IMG/VR virus record: IMGVR_UViG_3300027759_000046
Coordinates: 189,138 to 253,137 of that record
Length of the DNA: 64,000 bases
Reading direction: 5' to 3' (one strand)
Positions within the stretch are counted from its first letter, which is position 1. Every line of letters starts with the position of its first letter. The position numbers were made by a program, and so were the translations under genes. The notes under the pieces are model-generated. The model had not been told where the DNA came from. It searched no databases and saw nothing but the letters and a program-made list of their open reading frames with translations. Shown here piece after piece: positions 36,132 through 45,696 of this stretch.

Positions 36132-38506
36132 TATCTACGGGTGATTAATTTACCAATCTTGAAAAATGATTCTTTTAATTCTAGACTGTTATCGCCTATG
36201 TGAAGCAATGCTTCAGATGGCACGGTGTCTTCGTTCCAGTGAGTTAGAACTTCTGATCGGATTTTAGATTTATCAGTTGATTCTATTTCTCCAGCCTTTT
36301 CCATCTTATCTAGCGTTGCATCGAGCCTAGACTCGCTTGACTCGTTTGGATAGTACGATCCCTTTGAACCATTGTCAATGTAAACATCTGAGAAGTAGGC
36401 TTTAAGTAATGGATTTGCTTCGCTTAATGGATGCTGCGCATCAATATTAGAGTCTTCGCCTAATTGTTTTAGGATACTTGCTTCATATTCATTAAGTCCA
36501 GATTCTTCCCATTCTTCAGGAGTTGTTAAATTCGTAACCGGCTTACTTGAATCAATATGTGGCTGTTTAATTACACAGCCAGTTGCAGCTTGAGCAACTG
36601 AAGCACTTCCTAAACATGGATTAGTTGAAGTTTTTATGTCTTCTGCTAATTTGTGAGTATCTTCTTTAGTCTTCTCTATTTGTCCCATTAGAGCTTCATA
36701 GCCTTCAGGATTTGCCTCTTTAAATTTTGCAAGATCTTCTGGAGTTACTTCGCTTCCAACCTTTTCCATATATGAAGTTTCGGTCTCTATTACAATATTT
36801 GATAGCATTTCGTTTGTTGCTGCTAAATTCAAGGTAATTTCGCCGGCTTTATCAGCAGCAGTCGATTTAACTTTATTTAGCGCGTCTTCTGGACTGCCAG
36901 CTAATAGATATTGAGCACAGCTGCTGCCCTTTAGGAAAGCCTTAAGAATGAATACTATAAAAGCTCTACCGCTAATTCCACGATAGGCAAGTTTACCCGT
37001 AAATTTTGCAAGATCCGCCTGAATTTTTCCAAGATTTTGAGTTCCTTTAATTAGGAGTTCCGGTGCTTCTTTAAATATAGCGGCAGTCTTAGCAACGTTA
37101 GGCGAGACCAATTTATTAAGTTTCGGATTTGTAATTACCTCGTCTAATATTTTAGATACGGCAGTTGAATCACCAGCTTTAATTGCGTCAGCTAAAGCTT
37201 TGTCACCAATCTTTGAGCCAGACTTGCTAAGTTCAGCAACGATTTCTGGAGATTTTAGCAATTCGCTTAAACTCTTTCCACTGATTTGACCTTCTTTAGC
37301 TAAGATATTCCCAACTAATTTTTCGGTCATTGCACCTTGAATGTACATTTTTTGAATTGAGTCAGACGCGCCATTCTTCATAATCGCTTTGAAGCCGTCT
37401 GACATAATAATCTCGGCCTGCATTGCTTTATTAAATCCTGGAATATCGGCAAATTTTGCTCCGATTTTCTCAGCATCAGCCGTGACAACACCAGCAGCTT
37501 TTGAAGCATCGGTTGCAGCAACTGCAGCCTTTTCTCCACTTGCAACAATTTTAGCGTCTTCTTTCATTAAGAGTTCGCCAGCTTCAGTCGCGCCTTTTCC
37601 AAAAGATGTCATCTTTAGAGCAAGCTCATCGATCCATTTAATTAGTCCAGCAGGTTTTGGAATAAGTCCAAAACTTACTTTATTGATTGCGGTTCCGATA
37701 AAATCAGCAATTCCACGAATCACCTTAAGAGCAGAGGTTGTAATAAATTCGCCAAGCCCTCTTAGTGCTTTACCCATGGTTTCTATAATTCCACCTGATG
37801 CTTTCGCGGCTGCATCAATTTCAAGAGCGCCAGTTTTGAAAGCCATTGTCTCTGCTTTAATTGCAGCAGTTTCGCCTTTCCATAAAACTGCAAATAGTTT
37901 TTCTCCGATTTTTGCAAAAGGCTTGATAATACCCTTTAGCGTTCCACCAATTACTTGGCCGAATCCTGGAATTGCAATAACTAAGTTAAGGCAACCAATT
38001 AGATAATTTCCACGATAGAAAGAGATTGCTGCATTTAATAAGTTAGCGACGGTGTCAATTGGAATACCTGCCCAAGAGAATGGAATAAGTCCAATAATGT
38101 CTAGGACGAATTGTAGGATCCCGATTGCTGAACCTCCTTCGGTCATCATCATTACAAAATCCTTAATCATACCTAATAAACCTTCGTTTATGGAGTTAAC
38201 ACTGTTTAGAGTGTCTCGGTATGAGCCTTCTAGAGTTAAGAAGACTGGATTGTAGCCATACTGAATTAGGAGATTTTCTGCAGCATTAGCCTCTTCGATT
38301 GTGTCGAATCTATCTAATAATTCAAGTTGATGATTTAGGATAGCATCTGCTTCCTGTGTGGTACGTGGAGAGTATTGAGTTAGGGTGAGAGTACTTAGGT
38401 TTTCCCAAAGTTCAACTGGGACAGCCATTATTGATTCTCGTAGAGAAGTTATTCTAGGGTCTTCGTTAGTACCAAAGAACTCCTCTGCTGAAGATATGTA
38501 TTTCAT
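36131..38506 (-). CDS. large putative virion protein with pre-toxin TG-like hydrophobic domain
   Basis: LDIIGLIP..DTVANLLNAAISFYRGNYLIGCLNLVIAIPGFG; internal SINEG site; AATAAATAA upstream. Confidence 0.6.
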   Translation of the reverse strand: MKYISSAEEFFGTNEDPRITSLRESIMAVPVELWENLSTLTLTQYSPRTTQEADAILNHQLELLDRFDTIEEANAAENLLIQYGYNPVFLTLEGSYRDTLNSVNSINEGLLGMIKDFVMMMTEGGSAIGILQFVLDIIGLIPFSWAGIPIDTVANLLNAAISFYRGNYLIGCLNLVIAIPGFGQVIGGTLKGIIKPFAKIGEKLFAVLWKGETAAIKAETMAFKTGALEIDAAAKASGGIIETMGKALRGLGEFITTSALKVIRGIADFIGTAINKVSFGLIPKPAGLIKWIDELALKMTSFGKGATEAGELLMKEDAKIVASGEKAAVAATDASKAAGVVTADAEKIGAKFADIPGFNKAMQAEIIMSDGFKAIMKNGASDSIQKMYIQGAMTEKLVGNILAKEGQISGKSLSELLKSPEIVAELSKSGSKIGDKALADAIKAGDSTAVSKILDEVITNPKLNKLVSPNVAKTAAIFKEAPELLIKGTQNLGKIQADLAKFTGKLAYRGISGRAFIVFILKAFLKGSSCAQYLLAGSPEDALNKVKSTAADKAGEITLNLAATNEMLSNIVIETETSYMEKVGSEVTPEDLAKFKEANPEGYEALMGQIEKTKEDTHKLAEDIKTSTNPCLGSASVAQAATGCVIKQPHIDSSKPVTNLTTPEEWEESGLNEYEASILKQLGEDSNIDAQHPLSEANPLLKAYFSDVYIDNGSKGSYYPNESSESRLDATLDKMEKAGEIESTDKSKIRSEVLTHWNEDTVPSEALLHIGDNSLELKESFFKIGKLITRR

Positions 38507-38532
38507 TAAAACTAGTCACTTTTTATTATTTA

Positions 38533-39594
38533 TTAGAGACGACTAGCTATTTGGGTTAGAATTTTATAGTAATCACCACGAGAGCAATCTGATATAAATT
38601 TACAGATTTCGAAGAAATCGTCAACTGTCTCAAATGACATTGCTGGATGAAATCTTGAATCTTTATATGAAACTGGAATTGTTCCAAAAATGACCGATTC
38701 ATAAACTCTTGCTGGAATAAATCCTTCTTTTAGATATAGATCTTTGCTGACATTTACTGAGACTTGCGCAAATTGCATATTTTCCCAAATACTAGTTCGG
38801 TTATCTCTTGGACATAGTGAGACTCTAGTAAGGTTGCCAATCCAGTTTTCCAAAGTTTGATCAGATTTTGCAGCAACCATCATGCTAAACGGGCTACCGT
38901 CGAATTTGCTAGTGCTGTCAATTTCAGAAATAATATCATTGATGATTGGATTCTTGGAATGACCTTCTTTATAATTATCAAATGATAAGTTTCCATAATA
39001 CATGATATAGTTTGGAGCCTTATTTGAGAATTTTTCATGTACGTCTAAACATGCGTCCATAAATTCTTTACTGCAACCTGGCATTGTAATTGATGGAATT
39101 TGACGACTTATGCCTAATTCTGAAATCGTACGCAGAAAACTTGGAGATAGGGAAAGATCTGTGTCTAGGATAACGATATCAGCTGGATCATATCCTGAGC
39201 TAAGGGCAAGTTCGATAATTCTCTCAAAATAAGCAGCATCTCTTAATTTCTTTTGTAGAGTCGAAAGATTTCTGAAACGAGCCTTTAAGAATAATTTTGA
39301 ATATTTCTTATTTCGAATATTTTCAATGACTTGGCTTTGGCCTATTTGATATGTCTCGAGCAATTTATTTGAGAACTTATTAAAGACTTCGCCTAATTTA
39401 TCATTTGGAAACATTGGTCGCAGTAGCGAGTCTCCATCAGTATGTAGATAATTTACAAAATCAAATTTTTCAACTGAGTATTTCTTTGAGAGTTCGTCAA
39501 TTAATCCGAGTTGATAAAAAGTATGACCTGGAATGTTATCGTCGAATATTCCTAATTGGCCAAAATAGGCGTAGAGTGCTTTGTTCGTTTCCAT
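38533..39594 (-). CDS. GT-B glycosyltransferase (T4 beta-glucosyltransferase/CgeB-like C-terminus)
   Basis: YYGN...VSVNVSKDLY..FIPARVYESVIFGTIPV. Confidence 0.6.
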   Translation of the reverse strand: METNKALYAYFGQLGIFDDNIPGHTFYQLGLIDELSKKYSVEKFDFVNYLHTDGDSLLRPMFPNDKLGEVFNKFSNKLLETYQIGQSQVIENIRNKKYSKLFLKARFRNLSTLQKKLRDAAYFERIIELALSSGYDPADIVILDTDLSLSPSFLRTISELGISRQIPSITMPGCSKEFMDACLDVHEKFSNKAPNYIMYYGNLSFDNYKEGHSKNPIINDIISEIDSTSKFDGSPFSMMVAAKSDQTLENWIGNLTRVSLCPRDNRTSIWENMQFAQVSVNVSKDLYLKEGFIPARVYESVIFGTIPVSYKDSRFHPAMSFETVDDFFEICKFISDCSRGDYYKILTQIASRL

Positions 39595-39971
39595 AATACG
39601 TATTTTACTAGAACACCGTCATTTGGTTCTATGTCAATTCTGTTATTGTAAAAAATATCCCAAGAGTCTGCGGCATACTGACCAATTCCGTATAATTCTC
39701 GTGGATGTTGCCAATCCGATTCAGACCATTCAGTACTAAATCGGATTAGAGCTTTCGCTCTGCGATTATAAAAACCAAGTGGACGAAGTAGTTCTGATAA
39801 TTCTTGAGGATCTGCCTGCGACATTGCTATTGCAGTTGGATACCTTTCAAAAAGTTCAGCTCTAATTCCGTCCACTTGTACTCTTCTAGTACAGTTCAGG
39901 AGAATACAACAGACTTGGGATTTCCAAGGATCGTCATGATAAATCTCCTGAAGTAGTTCGAATGGGCTCAT
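39552..39971 (-). CDS. MBD4-like HhH-GPD DNA glycosylase
   Basis: DPWK..CILLNCT, LRPLGFYNRRAKAL, LYGIGQYAADS and PND. Confidence 0.88.
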   Translation of the reverse strand: MSPFELLQEIYHDDPWKSQVCCILLNCTRRVQVDGIRAELFERYPTAIAMSQADPQELSELLRPLGFYNRRAKALIRFSTEWSESDWQHPRELYGIGQYAADSWDIFYNNRIDIEPNDGVLVKYVLWKRTKHSTPILAN

Positions 39972-40772
39972 TTACACGTTTTTAAATCCGGCAAAGTGAG
40001 TAATAAAATGCTTGTTTGTTCCAGCACTGCGGTTAACAAAAATTCTGTCGAAATTGTTTTCCATAATTGACATTACTTCGTTAAATTTCTCAGAACGATT
40101 TTCCAATAGCCAGCTGTAATGAAAATGGTATTCAACAATGAATAGTTTAATATGACTCCAGTCAGTAATTGACTTGATCATCTCGTATTCCATACCTTCA
40201 ATATCCATCTTGACACAATTGACTTTCTTTAATACGTCATTGATATTTTCAGCCGGCACAGTTACAACCTTACGACCTTTTACTGGATGGACAGAGTGTT
40301 TACCTGAATCTTGTGATAAGAAGAACTCTACTTCAGATTCATGGCCTGGGACAATCGCCTTTTCGATAATCTCGCAACGGCCCTGTACTCCATTCATTTC
40401 TAAATTTTGTTGAGCAAACTCGACATTATTATGAAACGGTTCGTAAGAGTAAACTTTCTTGATTTTTGGGAATTGGGTTAGCAAACGAGTTGCAAAGATA
40501 CCAATATGAGCACCTGCGTCTAACCATGTATCTTCTTGATTAAGATCTTCAAGAGTTAATGGATTACCGTCCTGTGCATAGTGGGGTAAAAATAGGGGCT
40601 TAAAATACTCTCCGCCAGTCGGCTTCATTGAGATATTTTGAGATACATTGAACTTTATTTCATCTTCTGAACGAACTAGAAATTGATATTCATGATATTT
40701 TGTTTTCTTTTCGAAAACTTGAAGGGTGCCTGCTTCGCGAGCTTCTTCAATCGAGCATAATACGTCTGCCAT
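39972..40772 (-). CDS. FkbM-family SAM-dependent methyltransferase
   Basis: LDAGAHIGIF, YEP, KMDIEGME and VEYH. Confidence 0.9.
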   Translation of the reverse strand: MADVLCSIEEAREAGTLQVFEKKTKYHEYQFLVRSEDEIKFNVSQNISMKPTGGEYFKPLFLPHYAQDGNPLTLEDLNQEDTWLDAGAHIGIFATRLLTQFPKIKKVYSYEPFHNNVEFAQQNLEMNGVQGRCEIIEKAIVPGHESEVEFFLSQDSGKHSVHPVKGRKVVTVPAENINDVLKKVNCVKMDIEGMEYEMIKSITDWSHIKLFIVEYHFHYSWLLENRSEKFNEVMSIMENNFDRIFVNRSAGTNKHFITHFAGFKNV

Positions 40773-40805
40773 TGTCTAAATAGTGTTTAGACTATTATAC
40801 TACAA

Positions 40806-41063
40806 TTACTTATCTTGGTCTAAATCAAATGGAGTATCTTGAATAGAAAGTTTCTTATCGTCACTTTGGCTTACACCAGATAGTTGATAATCAGTATCCT
40901 TTGGCTTTTCAAGTTTTTCGATATCAGCACCTTTGACTCTGAGCATTTTATTGTCAGCAGTCATTATTTGATAAACTCCATTAATTGGGTCAGTCCCAAC
41001 TATTCTGCCTGAACGACCGTCATTCAATACAATTCGATTACCGACTTTGTATTTAGAGGCCAT
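40806..41063 (-). CDS. small SH3-like beta-barrel protein
   Basis: YKVGNRIVLNDGRSGRIV. Confidence 0.5.
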   Translation of the reverse strand: MASKYKVGNRIVLNDGRSGRIVGTDPINGVYQIMTADNKMLRVKGADIEKLEKPKDTDYQLSGVSQSDDKKLSIQDTPFDLDQDK

Positions 41064-41095
41064 TGCTGAGACTAGAGTAATATCCTCAGACTCAT

Positions 41096-42634
41096 TTAAG
41101 CTTTTTTTTTGGACTGATCTAAAGAGATGTAATGGTTTCTTAGAGAATTTACATTTTTCTCAATTGAAACTTTTAAATCGCCAAGCTGTGTTTGATATTC
41201 AGCTGAAAGACTTGAATCTTTAAGAGCCTCTTCTAATTGGGTGATTGAATTCTCCAATTTAGCTAGGTCTTTCTCAACTAATTTTTTCTCTTCGTCAATT
41301 TTACGAAGATTTTTTTCGCGCTCTTCAAGTTCAATTGCATAAAGCTCGCTAACGTCATAGTTGAAATTTTCCATAACGTAATTGTGGAATGCTAGGCCTT
41401 CCATTTTCTTGATAATACGGTTGTTTGCGTATTTTTCAAAAACGTATAGAGTTTCGCCCATTGTAAATACAATAGAATCTGCGTTTAGTCTTTCATTTAC
41501 TAATTTCTTAGCAAACTCTAAGTTAACGATCATGTCTAATCCTCTGAATAGAGTAGTTAATTTAGAACGAGTTTCGATCTGTTCCATTAAGAAGATTTCA
41601 GATAATTCAACTTTACTTAAGTCTTCAACAATTGAACCGTTGATTTTTAAGTATAGATTACCTGATTCATTGATTGCGAATGAAACCTTTAAACCTCTAC
41701 CGTTAGATACGATTTCAGTTTCTTTCTCTTGGAAATTTAAAGCTGCGAAAGCTTCACATACTTCAAAGAAATCTGGATATTCTGCAACTTCTTCTGCCGT
41801 AACTTGTGAAGGGTCTTGATCTTCTTGCAATTTGATAAATTTATTATCAACGTAAACAATTGCTGCTGATTCAGAAATTTTGTAGAACGGAGCGATTATT
41901 GACTTAACTTTAGCGTCACCATTTCCTACACCGATATTAAATTTACCTTGATCCTTTGCCTCAACCATGCTTAGAGTGTTAATCAAACGAGTAACAGTAG
42001 GCATTGATGGTTTTCCACGCAATTTCATTTTAATTACGTCAGCTGAGAAAGTATTTTCTAAAAGACAGTTTTCTAATTCAATGATTGATTCGCGGTAAAG
42101 TACTGCGCCAGTTTGTCTCATTTCAAAGATTGCATTAATAACTTCTAACTTTGCACGATTTTCGTTAACGTATTCTGTTAGCTCAGTCAAAGTTGACATA
42201 ACATTCTTGTTATAAGAGTATTTACCTAAGCTTTCCAAAACGGTACCAATTACTCTAAATTCCGGAAGAGCAGCTAGTTTCTGTTCAATTAACGAAATTG
42301 TGTATTTGAAAGTTGGATCTTTGTATAATTTAGATTCTTTAAGAGCCTTTACTTTTAAAGATAGCCCAGCCTCTTTTGCCATATTCTGAAGGCGTTGAGT
42401 TGGTTTTTCTCCAAGTTTTCTAAATTTAGCAACGACTTCTTTAAGATTTTCATTTAAAGTAGCAGTAGCTAGCTCAGATAGAGTTACTAGGGAATTTTCT
42501 AAAATTTCTTCAGATGGAACTCCTAATAGTGTAGAGTTGTTTATAGATTCGAGCACAACTTTTACTGCAACGCTATCCTTAACGTTTGGGTTAGATTTTA
42601 GCTCTAAGGTTAATTCTTGTATGAGACTGTTCAT
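41096..42634 (-). CDS. putative prohead core/scaffold-like protein
   Basis: late motif upstream; many xNE/LxE sites; C-terminal coiled coil. Confidence 0.45.
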   Translation of the reverse strand: MNSLIQELTLELKSNPNVKDSVAVKVVLESINNSTLLGVPSEEILENSLVTLSELATATLNENLKEVVAKFRKLGEKPTQRLQNMAKEAGLSLKVKALKESKLYKDPTFKYTISLIEQKLAALPEFRVIGTVLESLGKYSYNKNVMSTLTELTEYVNENRAKLEVINAIFEMRQTGAVLYRESIIELENCLLENTFSADVIKMKLRGKPSMPTVTRLINTLSMVEAKDQGKFNIGVGNGDAKVKSIIAPFYKISESAAIVYVDNKFIKLQEDQDPSQVTAEEVAEYPDFFEVCEAFAALNFQEKETEIVSNGRGLKVSFAINESGNLYLKINGSIVEDLSKVELSEIFLMEQIETRSKLTTLFRGLDMIVNLEFAKKLVNERLNADSIVFTMGETLYVFEKYANNRIIKKMEGLAFHNYVMENFNYDVSELYAIELEEREKNLRKIDEEKKLVEKDLAKLENSITQLEEALKDSSLSAEYQTQLGDLKVSIEKNVNSLRNHYISLDQSKKKA

Positions 42635-42710
42635 TGAACTGGGTGTCTTTTTTTGTTATTTATTTGGCACGTTCGCTAACTTTATTTATCTATGAACGAC
42701 TATTGTTATT

Positions 42711-44645
42711 TTATTCTCTGTTGAACGAGGTTGCTGCTGCAGCATTAATATATGAAACCTGTTCATCTCTTACCTTATTACGTTTACGTAACTGGGTCTG
42801 CAGAGTTATATTGGCCTCTGTTAACGATGTCACCTGGGCACTAAGTGCTGCGATAAGCTCCTCGTTACCAGCAGCGGTTGCTGCATCTTCTCCAGCTGAA
42901 ATTACGTCAGCATAATTCGCAGAAGAAGTCCATTTTCCAGTGTATAGGAGAGATTCTGTACCGTCTGCTTTTGAAATTAGAGTAATTGTAAATAGTGCAT
43001 CAGTTGAGGCTAAAATCAATTTAGCTTGATCCTTAGGGACTCTAAATGCAATTTCTCCTAGACTTGGGTTAGTTAGAGTATCATCTACTATTGTTGAAAA
43101 AGCGAACTCTGAACCTTCTCCGAAATTTAATCTAAATTCGCTATTATTGTTTAAGTTAACCTTTGTCTGATTTGTTGCTTTGCTTGGATCCGTTTGATAC
43201 ACCGTAAATTTAATAACATTATCAGTTGGATCAATTGGTAACGTCATTCTTCCTTGTCCATAAATTACTTGATCAGTTGCATCGCCAGTTCGGTGAAGCG
43301 CATTTTTCTGGCTCAATTTGATTGAGGACTGTTTTATCGGTATGTACTCTGGGATCTTAACTTCAACCGTTTTAGTAATTACCTCAGTCGTAACTGGTGT
43401 TCCAGCATCAACTTGAGTAGATTTTGGAGCAAAGATACTGCCAGTCTCAAAGTTCTTTTGTACAATTTTATTGTAGACTTTCATAGACTGTGGGCCTTCG
43501 GGTAGAGTAATCTTTGCAAGAGATTTACCGTACTTATTTGGATTGATCACGCTTAGTGAACCCGTTCTAATTATTTGGTCTCCGTTCTTTCTATTAATTA
43601 GACGTAGTGTATAGTCAATCGACATTGATACTGCAAAACCGGCTTCTTTTAGAATAGGTCGGTATGTTAGAACTTGATCAAATGTGTTCTCTTGATAAAC
43701 AATAATATTACCGGATGGAACTAGCTCTGAGCCAATTTGCTCGTATACTTCTAATTGATGAGTAAAGAACCAATCTTGATCTGGCCCACTATCATTTAGA
43801 GTATCGATTAAAGCGTCTGGGAAAGCACCGTTCCAGGTTGCAAAGAACTCTAAATAGTCTCCATCTGTTGCTTCTTGTAAATGACAGCCTAACCCATCAA
43901 ATTTATTGACTTGTGAAACTGATCCCTCGTAATAGTTAACTATTTGATAGCGATCGTAGGTTACGTTATTTGGAGCATTGTATTCTTCGTAAGTTGCCTC
44001 AGCTAGGAAAACCGATAGAGGAGCTCCTTTAATAAATCCGATTCCACCAGTAATAGCCCATTCAAAAGATGCATCTCCGAATTGAGTAAAATCTTCGTCT
44101 AACCATGCAACTGATGGAATTTTAATATCTACGTATCTGTCATAGATCGTATTTGCTAAAAATAATGGACGAGTGTTATATGTAAAAATTGATTGAGCAG
44201 TTGCTGCGTCTAGTAGGACATTGGCTAATTGCATTTGACCAAGATCGTTAAGCTTGTGCTTTACTCCAATAATGATGTTCTCTACTTCTGTGAAATTAAA
44301 GCCTGACGCAAAATGGACCCTAACTGTGTCCATTACAACATTAGCGCTTAGACTCGATGATAATTGCGTTTCAGTAATAAGCGGATCATATTGAGTATAG
44401 ATTGGAATAAGGGTAATATCGTTGTAGATTGCTTTAGATCCACCAACTGAAATGACGCTTAGGTCTCTAGAATTATGAGTGATATCTGAATATCCGTCAG
44501 TATTATAGATTTGAAGAGTATTTACGTTTTTATTGTCAACTAAGAAATAGTCAGACGATAATATTGACGGATTTGGATCGCCCAATGGGGTTGATCTATA
44601 TTCTAGAACGCAATAATCTGATAGGTTTATGAAACTTGAATTCAT
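42711..44645 (-). CDS. putative structural protein
   Basis: 644-aa beta-rich ORF in the late-gene cluster. Confidence 0.55.
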   Translation of the reverse strand: MNSSFINLSDYCVLEYRSTPLGDPNPSILSSDYFLVDNKNVNTLQIYNTDGYSDITHNSRDLSVISVGGSKAIYNDITLIPIYTQYDPLITETQLSSSLSANVVMDTVRVHFASGFNFTEVENIIIGVKHKLNDLGQMQLANVLLDAATAQSIFTYNTRPLFLANTIYDRYVDIKIPSVAWLDEDFTQFGDASFEWAITGGIGFIKGAPLSVFLAEATYEEYNAPNNVTYDRYQIVNYYEGSVSQVNKFDGLGCHLQEATDGDYLEFFATWNGAFPDALIDTLNDSGPDQDWFFTHQLEVYEQIGSELVPSGNIIVYQENTFDQVLTYRPILKEAGFAVSMSIDYTLRLINRKNGDQIIRTGSLSVINPNKYGKSLAKITLPEGPQSMKVYNKIVQKNFETGSIFAPKSTQVDAGTPVTTEVITKTVEVKIPEYIPIKQSSIKLSQKNALHRTGDATDQVIYGQGRMTLPIDPTDNVIKFTVYQTDPSKATNQTKVNLNNNSEFRLNFGEGSEFAFSTIVDDTLTNPSLGEIAFRVPKDQAKLILASTDALFTITLISKADGTESLLYTGKWTSSANYADVISAGEDAATAAGNEELIAALSAQVTSLTEANITLQTQLRKRNKVRDEQVSYINAAAATSFNRE

Positions 44646-44647
44646 TT

Positions 44648-45475
44648 TTATCTATTGTGTAATTTGATAGTTAACCATCTAGGCGAGTAATATACGCCAA
44701 CTCCAATCATTGGAGCTAGGATCACTGGATTTTGTAAAGTTGCACCGTATCCACCAAAGATACTTAAACCTAAATATCCGCTAGGCTTTTTATTAAGCTG
44801 TTGCTCAATTTGAGTTATTCCGCTTAATTGTATTTTTGCAGGAAACGCTGTTTTTGTTGTAATATTTGCAATCTTAGTCTTAGGATCTCTTGCGATACCT
44901 AATTCAATTCCCATATTAACTGATGTTGTTAAATCTATTTTTCCAGCCTGGATTTTATTGTCTTTAAGCTTTGTAAAAACTGTTCCAGTTACTGAGTAAT
45001 AATTTAGAGTATCATATTTTTTGAAAATATCAATTAGGACAGTTGAGTCATTTAGAATTTTGCTGCCGCCTTCTGTGCTAGTAGCTGATTTTAAATTAGC
45101 AAGTTCACGATCCTTAAATTTAATTTGTGTGTTTAAGTATGCAATAAGTTCGCCATTCTTGTTATTATCGTGTACTAAGTCTTTAAATTTTGAATTTAAT
45201 TCTCGATACTCTGATTTTAGCATGTCCTTATCTGCTGATAGAATCTTTATTTCAGATAAGTTATTATTGTCACGATCTTTCCAATAGTGCATTGAATCTT
45301 TTAGGACTTCAACGTTACCTGATGTAATTTCAGCCTTTTGCTTAAGAGAGGCATTTTCTCTAGCCAAATCGTCTGCTTTGCTGCATTGTTTCAAAGAGAG
45401 CAAAATAAGCAGAATGATTATTGCTGCCATGATGTACTTTAAATTAGTATTAAGCACCGATAATAGATTCTTCAT
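44648..45475 (-). CDS. membrane-anchored coiled-coil protein (spanin-like candidate)
   Basis: N-terminal TM ending LKQCS, coiled coil and beta-rich C-terminus. Confidence 0.45.
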   Translation of the reverse strand: MKNLLSVLNTNLKYIMAAIIILLILLSLKQCSKADDLARENASLKQKAEITSGNVEVLKDSMHYWKDRDNNNLSEIKILSADKDMLKSEYRELNSKFKDLVHDNNKNGELIAYLNTQIKFKDRELANLKSATSTEGGSKILNDSTVLIDIFKKYDTLNYYSVTGTVFTKLKDNKIQAGKIDLTTSVNMGIELGIARDPKTKIANITTKTAFPAKIQLSGITQIEQQLNKKPSGYLGLSIFGGYGATLQNPVILAPMIGVGVYYSPRWLTIKLHNR

Positions 45476-45695
45476 TTAGGTCTTGTAAAATTTTATAAAA
45501 GTCTGGAACCTGTCCAGTCTCAGTCTTTATTTTATCTATTAGGAGAGTCTCGTCTTCTCGTATTTGAGCTAACTCCAACTCAACTTGATTTTTCTGAATG
45601 GTTAGCTGCTTAGTCTGTTCTTCCAATGATTCTAGTGATTTTCGTATTCTAGAATAATCAGACACAATTTTTCTTAATTCGTTTGTGTATTTCAT
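45450..45695 (-). CDS. small coiled-coil protein
   Basis: 81-aa heptad-rich ORF. Confidence 0.55.
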   Translation of the reverse strand: MKYTNELRKIVSDYSRIRKSLESLEEQTKQLTIQKNQVELELAQIREDETLLIDKIKTETGQVPDFYKILQDLNEESIIGA

Positions 45696-45696
45696 A

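Noticed and set aside
37389-38006. 205-aa plus-strand ORF and similar antisense ORFs in the track (e.g. 32218-32601, 41382-41819)
   Set aside because: These are shadow ORFs opposite long genes, with no motifs or initiation context.
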